Positions 53,529 to 64,000 of a stretch of 64,000 nt of DNA are shown piece by piece. Source of the stretch: the human T2T-CHM13v2.0 reference genome, Homo sapiens; the NCBI RefSeq assembly GCF_009914755.1, contig NC_060927.1; one strand, 5' to 3'. Position numbers and translations under genes: made by a program. How positions within the stretch are numbered: position 1 is the first letter of the stretch; every line of letters starts with the position of its first letter. The notes beneath the pieces were generated by a model. That model saw only the letters and a list, made by a program, of their open reading frames with translations. It did not search any database and was not told the DNA's origin.

Positions 53529-53668
53529 AAGAGACTAGAGACAATGAAAATAATGGGAACATTTTAAAAAATTATCTGTAGGAAAAATTATCTGTTTCCC
53601 TTTCCCCATCAAGAGGCTAGAGATAATGAAAATAATGGTGGGGACATTTAAAAAATTATCTGTAGGAA
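53529..53668 (+). repeat. Direct duplication (~56 bp, 82-bp offset)
   Basis: aagagactagagacaatgaaaataatgg...aaaaaattatctgtaggaa at 53529 and 53611. Confidence 0.85.
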
Positions 53669-56289
53669 GCACCCTGAGATTTCCTAGGGAGATTTTTTTT
53701 TTCTTGAGGAAAGATATCTTTTCCTTTATTTCCTTTACTAACACAATGCTGCCACTTAATGGGATGAGTTCGTGTCAAGGGTGTGGCTAGCATAGTGGGT
53801 GTGTAATGCGACTGGTGTAATTCTGGAGTGGGAATTTCATATATGAATAAATATTTATTCCAAACTCAATTTTCAAATACTCCCATTCTGTAGAGTGAGT
53901 GAGTACACAAGGAGTTCTAAGTATCAAAGTTAGGGTTAAGTTCTGAGGATGGAGGGCAGTGGTATGATTCAGGAAAATGGTATAACCACTAGCTTTGGGA
54001 CTAGACATTGCTGAGGGACTATAATATGAAAAATAGTTCAAGACAGCAATACCTGGACACTGTTACAACTTTCCTGGAAGGCAGTTTGGCAATGTGTATT
54101 AAAGTCATTAACAATAATCACATCTTTTAACTCAATAATTTCACTTTATTGGAATCTAGAACAAGGAAATAATCCTAATGAGGTTCCCTACATCATACCT
54201 ACCCCGGTCTCTTTGCTTCCACTTCTCTGTGATGCTAAGTTGAGCTGTTCTAGGCTAATTTGACAGCACATGTTACCACAGTAGACTGAAGACGAACAGT
54301 AAGAGGGCCTCAGGAAGGTGATAGGAAGAAAATCCATTTCTTATTTGAATCCACATTTTGTTTTCTTGGGAAAACATGATTGTTTGCTGTGATGAAGTGT
54401 GCTTTCCATCAGGTAGCTCAGAGGAACCTGGCTGGAACTCTTATCACTGGAAAGGCTGAACTAGACTGTGAACATTCTCTTCTGCAGGATTACAAGACCA
54501 GAACCCTCCCAGCCTCACTTTGGGATCTTTGATTCCTGGGCCATAGCAACTTCTATTAATATCTGACAAATCTGAGGCAGCAGGGTCTGGAAGACACAAG
54601 AAGAGACTGAGGGCTGGGTACGTGTAACAGACAGGATGCCTTTCTTTTCCAAGCCACCTCCCCAGTCATGCTGCTTGATGGCTCCAGGGGCTTTCCATTG
54701 TCTTCTGTGCAGCTTCCTCACATCTTAAATGGAATATTTATGTGGCCAGATACTTTCCTACCTCACCCTCTCTGTTTTTCCTCAACTTCCTGGAAAAGTG
54801 TGGGAAGTTCTTGCCACTTACTTTAGGTCCATATACAACATTGCAGTTTATCACAAGCTTCAAGGAGATTTGGAGCTTTCGAGTCTCTCCTTCCATGTCA
54901 CTTTCTATTCCCTGCCTGGGATTCCCTCCAGTAGGATGACATAACATTAGAGATTGGCATTGACTGGGGTGAGTGTTGAATTAAAGACACACAGGTAGAC
55001 ACATCTGGGAGACCAAGAAACCTTAGCTCAGGAGACACAAAGAATGAAAAAGAACTCTTGTTGACTCAAGAAGGAGGAACTCTTAACACATTAGGAAGGG
55101 CATCTTTCCCCACCAGTTCCCAAAGAAGAAGGTATGTGGAAGACACTGGACGTCTGTGCACTGGACAGAGCCTCCAAAGCAGCCCACTCACGCTCCGTAC
55201 AGCATTCTCCAGAGTCATCTATGTGGTAAAGCAGCCAGCATTTAGGCCATCACAAAGCTGTGCTGGTCAGGACTGCACACCCCCACAAAGGTCGCAGGCT
55301 TCTGCTGGAAAGTGACAGGCTTCCTTCCTTCCCTGCCCTGGCCAGCTTCCCATCTGCCACAGAACCCACAACCTGGGATATACACAACATCCCCAGGATT
55401 TCCCCCTAGGATGTTCTACCCCACAGATTTAACACATATATATCCTCTGAAGGACTGCCAGTGAGTGCTGAAAAATAGGGTTTGAAGAAATGCATTGTGG
55501 AGCTGCAATAAATTGCCTCCACAATTGGAGACTGATTCAGGAAAAGAGAAGACACTCAGAAAAGAACTAGTGTAAATTAATATAAGTGGAGGACAGTGTC
55601 CTCTTCAGAAGCCGTCAGAAGGATGTAGGGTGTAGCCTTACCAATTTAGCAACTTTTAGTTGGAAAGAATAAAGTGTGTGAAAGTGCCTGAGTAGTGTCT
55701 GGCACATCATAGGTGCTCAATAAATGCTAGCACTTTGGATCTCTTATTCTAGTCCAAAATGCATCTGAGGTGTAAATAATTTTGGGCTTGTCTGATAGGA
55801 TCTTCTTTTGTTATAATGAACATAAATGTATTTCCCTGCAGCTTCCTCTTATTATATCTATTTCTGGAGCTTTGACAGAATAAACCTTATCTCCTTTCAC
55901 CATGACACACTTTAAAATATTTGAAGGCAGAAGTTTTGTTTCCCAAATGTTCTCTTCAAGACAAAATTCCTCAAGGCCTTCAACCATTCTGCTTATGACC
56001 TGCTTTTGAGGGCTTCATCAGCTTATTGACTCCTGAATACACTTGTGTTTGTCACTGTTCTCCTGAAAGGTGACCATGAATTGGCCACTATCCTGGAGGA
56101 AAGGGAGAGTTAAACAGCATAGACAAAGCAGGCCTACCACATTTTCTCATCGTCATTCATGCAAGCTGGTATCAAATTAACTTCCTTGTCTAGTTTTTCA
56201 GAAACAATGTTACTATGATAATTTGCGCTATCTTACTATCTATGAAAATCTCTGCAGATTTTTAAACTATTTTTTTGCTATCCATAAGT

Positions 56290-56660
56290 GGAGATTGCAT
56301 ATTGTTCACCAAAAGCTGCTCTCCCTTCTTCCATAGTAGTTGGATACATGGCTGGCCAGCTAGAAATTACATTTCCCAGCCTTCCTTGCAGCCAGATGTG
56401 GTCATATGACTACACTCTTGCTGGTTGAACATAAGTGAAAATGACACATGAAATTTCAAGTTTAGTCCTTTAAATATAGCCTGTGTACTCCTCCACGTGC
56501 TTTTCCTTTTTCAAAGGGTATAACCTGAACAGGCCTCTAACCAGGCTCCAAACACACAGATGAAGACAATATACTAGGGGTTGGTAGAACCACAAGATAA
56601 AGGAGATTAAAGCTCTGACTGGTCACTGGAGTGGAGCATTGGCCAACCAGGATGTTCCAC
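56290..56660 (+). mobile_element. LTR16/LTR33-like ERVL LTR
   Basis: aattacatttcccagccttccttgcagccagatgtggtcatatgac. Confidence 0.55.
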
Positions 56661-56669
56661 ACTGAGATT

Positions 56670-56930
56670 TGTATTAATCAGCTAATGCTATAATAAGTTT
56701 GTGTAACAAAAACTTCAAATCTCAATGACATACAAAACCCACAATTTATCCTCATGCTGATGGGTCTGCCGGTCAGCTGCAGTTTGGCTAATCAGGCTGG
56801 GTTCTGCTGGTGTCTCTCCAGGTTCTGCTCCAGTCTTTTCTCTCTGGGCCAATAGCTGCAGAGGGCAGAGTCTTCTTTTGGCAGATCATTGGAGTCAAAG
56901 AGGATGAGCAAATGTATGATATCTGCTAGT
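56670..56930 (-). mobile_element. MLT1 fragment
   Basis: tgtattaatcagctaatgcta...tgtgtaacaaa. Confidence 0.5.
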
Positions 56931-57259
56931 GAACAGCTTATAGATTTTATTTTCTGCAGTCCTCTAGCACCTTATTACTTGCCATTGGTCCTTAAAAATT
57001 ATTAAATGTGGTTTAGCAGTCTCATTTTTCAGTCTTCTCAGGAGTCTGGGACATACTTCAGAAGACATTACTCATTTTAGAGGATCCATGGATCTGTTGT
57101 AATTTCTTCACCAATTTAGATCTTAGTCTCTCAGTATCCCAATTACAGAGTCATAAGAAAGAATCTTGTTGGGCCAGCCCAGTGAATAGATTAATTTCTA
57201 CCTAGGCCAGGTATTTACTCTGGTCCAATCATCTGTGGCCAAGAAAATACGGTCCTGAG

Positions 57260-57964
<705 letters not shown>

Positions 57965-58158
57965 CATGACAACCTAAACTCATTTATTCAGCAAGGTCTG
58001 TGGATGAGTGGCAATTTCAAAGAATAGGATGGGGCTAGCTATGTACCCCAATCACATGGAGTTTCTGGAACTGCAAATCAAGGACCAGATATTGGGTTAC
58101 ACATCCCTACCTAAGCACTGACAACTGGGAAGACAGCTTGCAAGCTACCATGCTCTCT

Positions 58159-58627
58159 TGTGGTAGATTACTACATTGGTGGCCTCCAGTGAACCACATC
58201 TCTTGGTATTTACACCCTGTATACTCATTTCCCACACTGACTCTGTACTTGACCATGGAACTTGCTTTGCCTAATGAGACATTAGCCAATGATGTCAATG
58301 GAGGCTTGATATAGGATTGTACACTGGGGATTGCTCTCTTGAGATGCTTCTTCTCAGAAGCCAACTGCTATGCTCTAAAAAAGCTTAGACTAAACTCCTG
58401 AATGGTGAGAGGTCCTGGAGGATGAGAGGCTCTCTCAATGTCTTAGACCCAGCCAAGCTCCGGCTGAATGCAGCTCATGAGTGACCTCAGCTATGCCATG
58501 TGGAACAGAAGAATGAGTCAGTTGATAAAAGTGAGTTCACAGACTCATGAGGAAAAATAAATTGCTGCTGTTTTAAGCCACTATATTTTGGGGTAGTTTA
58601 AAAGGCCATAATAGATAATTGAAATAC
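58159..58627 (+). mobile_element. MLT1F/G-like LTR
   Basis: tgtggtagattac ... ttttaagccactatattttggggtagttt. Confidence 0.7.
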
Positions 58628-59106
58628 TTCCCCTCTCTAAAATGTCCTTGGTGCCAAAACCCATCTGGAAATGCAGATGTCTGGCCCAGAATCCTTGGAG
58701 AAAATTTTTTGGCACTGAGAATAGATCCAAAGGACCCCAGAAATGGAATCTGGAGAGGTCGTCTTTCTCTCCTCTTCTGGAAATTAAAATTATTTTCACA
58801 AATGCTGAAAACAAAAGGGAATCCTTAAACCATGAGGCATAAGAATGTTCTATTACCTAGGCCAGATAAGGCCAGACTCTCACACAGTGCCCCGCACTCT
58901 TCTCTTCCATACCCTGTCTCCTTCTGAATAAAATACATCGACATCAACGGAAAGCCATAGATTCTTCTGGTCCTCCTTAGACACCAAGAGAGAAGACTCC
59001 CATTAAGTACCTCCTGTTGCATTGCCCAATATCCTGTGAGGTGGTCCAATGTGTGATGGGTTGTATGTCCTTAAAGACTGAAGGGAAAATGTTTCTGATT
59101 AATGCC

Positions 59107-59144
59107 AGAGATTACTCAGAGAAGTAGAGATTACTCAGAGAAGT
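59107..59144 (+). repeat. Perfect 19-bp tandem duplication
   Basis: agagattactcagagaagt x2. Confidence 0.95.
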
Positions 59145-59989
59145 AAATATTACCATCTTCTGAGGTTATGAAAATAGTAGTTGGTATGACATCTCAGAAT
59201 TATTTTGGGTTTGTCCCTGGCTGAAAGCAATATGACCCCTTAGGAGCCTCAGTTCCTTACTGATTCCACAACACTAATTCAGAATGTGTTGTTCCAAGAA
59301 TTGTCTACATGTACCAAGAGATTTATATTCTAAAGCACCAAGATCATCAGCATTTACAATCTCTTCTCTTTCAGCATATGTCACTGAGAAAACCCTAAAT
59401 TTTGCCAAGCAAGTTTTCATTCATGCATTCAACAAATATTTTACTGAATGGCTACCCTGACTGGGTATCCAGCACGGTAGTGTCTATACGGTGGCCTAGT
59501 GGATACCTTTTTTGGGTCTATCTAGCATTCATTCCCACGAACCACCCCCCACCCCCCACTCCCCGCCGACCAGCCGACCAGTGAACTAAGCAACTCTTTT
59601 TTTTTTTTTTTTTTGAGAGTGAGTATTACTTCTTTCCTTTCGGATCCATTCTAATGAGGCTTCTCTACCTCCTCAAACCAAGAATGCTCACTGTGATCCA
59701 AGCTGGGCCAGTTGAATGTTCTCACTGTGGATTTTAAATCAAAACAGATTGATAAAGACTGTGAAAACAAGTTGCTATTTGGGAATTCCCATGCCCAGTG
59801 AGACAGTTTTTTACTAGAACATTTTCTGTTGTTTTAGCTTCCTAGATTTTAGAGTTTCCTTGTTCCTGTTTGTTTCCAAGCACTCTTCTCTGGCCTGACT
59901 ATAAACTCCAGATGTCCTTCCAAAGAAGTCATTTTTCATTAGATTACCCAGACAGATTGCTGTTGCTGGCATCCAAAACACCCGAAATA

Positions 59990-60570
59990 ATATAAGAGAT
60001 GAATGAAACAGACATGATCCCAGCTTTCAGAGCCTGTCAATTTGGTTGGGTAGACAGACACTAAACAAAGAAAAAATATGTAATTACAAATTGTTGTAAA
60101 ATAAATGAACAGAGTACTATGAAAGAGAATAATAGGGTAATCTAATTGAGATTATGGGGCCACTGGACACCTCAACTGAGATCTGAAGGATGAGCAGACA
60201 AAGAGTGGAGGGAAAGAGCCTTTCTGGCAGAGGGCAGAGAACAAACGAAGGCCTTGAGATAGGGAGGAGATTGTTGCATTCCGGGAACTGGTGGAGGCTG
60301 GAGTCCTTGGGAGGAGTGGCGTGAGCTGAGGCAGGAGGGGTGGGCTTGGGCCTGATCATGCAGTTTGGTTGTTTATGAAGATAATTTAAATTTGATTTCA
60401 AAATAATAGGAATAAACCATCAGAAAGTTATAAGTCTGGCAATGGCATAACCTAATTAGATTTTAAAACAGCCCCTCTTGCTACCATATAAAGAATTGGC
60501 TTGTGGGGCAGACATAGAAAGTAATTGAGTGGTCGGGGAAGGAGATGATGCGGCTTAGGCTAGGGTGGTA
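59990..60570 (-). mobile_element. L2 fragment (its 3' end at ~59415-59480)
   Basis: cattcaacaaatattttactgaatg; gatgaatgaaacagacatgatcccagc; ctgagatctgaaggatgag. Confidence 0.65.
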
Positions 60571-61096
60571 GCAAAGGAGAGGAGAACGCAAAGCCCTATT
60601 TGGATTTAGAGGCACGAGTGGGCAAAACCCACTGCTTTGGAGCATGCCTGCCTTGTGGGCAAGGACGTGGTCCTGCTCGTTTCTACATCCCATGAAATAC
60701 CTAAATAACTTGTGCTTTTATAGAATCACACAATTTACAAAGTGCTTCTGTGTCCAGATCTCACTTGATCCTTGCAGCAGTCCTGAGGGTTGCTGAAAAC
60801 AAAGCAGTCAAGGCTGGAGGAAGAAGTGAAATGGCCATTGCATACAGTTGGTAACAATCATGCCAGGACTTACATCCTACTCCTCTCATTATAGCTTGCT
60901 GCCCGGCTCAGTATCCACCCCCAGAAATGTTTGCAGATCTGAAGATGAACTGAGGTCCTCTCCACTGCTCTTTGGTGTCCATTTCTTGTCCCACTGAACC
61001 TGGGCTCTCTAAGATAGTCCTGGAAGCTCATTTGCATCCAGTTCCATCTCTTACCCTGTGGCGTATTTAACCAATAGCAGGCTTTGGCCGGCACAT

Positions 61097-61196
61097 GCTG
61101 AAGGCAATATGACCCCTGGGGCTCCTAAAAGGTCATATTGCCTTCAGCCAGGGACAAACCCCAACTATTTCTGAGATGTCATACCCAGTGCTATTT
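61097..61196. repeat. Inverted copy of 59172-59252 plus perfect 18-bp stem-loop (61097-61148)
   Basis: 71/81 ungapped identity by manual alignment; gctgaaggcaatatgacc / ggtcatattgccttcagc. Confidence 0.92.
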
Positions 61197-61304
61197 GGCC
61201 AAATCATACATTCCTATCACCTTTTATCTCTCTCTGCCTGGATCTCCTTGAAGATTCTTTTAATCATTTCTGTTGCCTTCCCTGGAATGCCTACTCCCTT
61301 CTGG

Positions 61305-61479
61305 GTAAGTGTTGTCTGGACTGGCAGCATCAGTATCACTTGGCAACTTGTTTGAAATATAAAGTCTCAGGCCCCACCCCAGACCTACTGAACGAAAATC
61401 TGGGGTTGGCCCTGCCATCTGTGCTTTAATAAGCCTGCCAGGTGATTTCGATGCAGACAAAACTTTGGGAAACACCAGC
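61305..61479. mobile_element. MER5A (hAT-Charlie)
   Basis: cagcatcagtatcacttgg...ctcaggccccaccccagacctactgaa...ccaggtgatttcgatgca. Confidence 0.85.
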
Positions 61480-61916
61480 CTAAGTCTTTCCAGGAACAAG
61501 CTCTCAAGCTGCAGACAGCTGGGCTCAGATAAAGATGTGTTTTATATGAACCCGTGTCAGGGGCTGAAGTCTCTGATGGTTCTTACCCAAGCTCTGGGTC
61601 CACATGGCTGAAAGACAGTGACAGCTCGTGAAGCTGTACAGGGTCTTTGCAGGACCGTCCTCTGCTGATCTTTAACCCACTGCTTGTGTGGACTGAATCA
61701 GATCTTTAAGGAGGAAACCTGGAAGAAGGTACTAAAGGGGAATTGCCCAGCCCTTCCTGACTTTGCCCTTTGCATTCATGTCTCTATTGCCCATCAAATA
61801 TGAGAACTGTCTAGAGCCAGATTGGCTCAGGTTAACCGAACCCTTCTTGGAGACAGGGATCAGTCAGATAGGTAAATGCTTACAGGTAGCCCTGATAAGT
61901 ACCATAGTGGGGGCTG

Positions 61917-62689
<773 letters not shown>

Positions 62690-62734
62690 TAGATTGTGAT
62701 CTTACATCCTAAAACAACTCATTCTGACAGATTT

Positions 62735-63640
<906 letters not shown>

Positions 63641-63669
63641 CCATCCCCACCTCTGATCACCTCCCGTCA

Positions 63670-63872
63670 GCACTGACACAAGAAGGCAGAGCGCGGCTCG
63701 CCTGACCTCAGCTGGGAATGTGGGCATTCAGTGACTCTAAGGTCTTGGTTCCCTGCATATGTCCACGAATGACCACAAAAGTGCTACAAATACTGATTTG
63801 GGGGTTACAAATAAATGTTAGGGAGTAGGTGAATTTGCAAATACAGAACCTGTGAATAATTAAGATCAGCTG
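63670..63872 (-). mobile_element. Tigger4 (Zombi) terminal fragment
   Basis: gaatgaccacaaaagtgc...gatttgggggttacaaataaat...gaatttgcaaatacagaacctgtgaataat...cagctg followed by TA. Confidence 0.8.
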
Positions 63873-64000
63873 TACATTTTTCCTATTCTCCATGAGAACT
63901 AGCCTCCCCTTCTTCCCATCCTTGCCCTTTTCTCCCACAATTTTTGTTATCAGGGCTCTGAATTTTTCCAGAGTCGCTGATTAAAAAGCCTCTCCACGGG

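Overview
Primate (human-like) non-coding genomic DNA: CpG-depleted, no CpG island, and no protein-coding exon, RNA gene or processed pseudogene that I can support. The locus cannot be named from sequence alone. Most of the window is transposon-derived: Alu (J, S, Y, FRAM), L1PA/L1M fragments, L2, MIR, many MaLR/ERVL LTRs (THE1A-D, MST, MLT1, LTR16-like), one two-LTR THE1C-like provirus, ERV1 LTRs (LTR12, MER61-like, LTR10A/F) and DNA transposons (Tigger3b, MER2B, MER58A, MER5A, MER94, Tigger4). Family names come from recalled consensus sequences and need RepeatMasker/Dfam confirmation. The supplied ORFs appear to be chance or repeat-derived. The most unusual signals are (i) two local inverted templated insertions, each copied from 1.5-1.9 kb away (50645-50802 into 52282-52441; 59172-59252 into 61116-61196, the latter creating a perfect 18-bp hairpin), with further duplication scars nearby; (ii) lesions at the same internal hairpin in two different THE1 LTRs; and (iii) two ERV regulatory arrays, an LTR10 28-bp AP-1 VNTR and an LTR12 CCAAT array. 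I do not see a new gene system.
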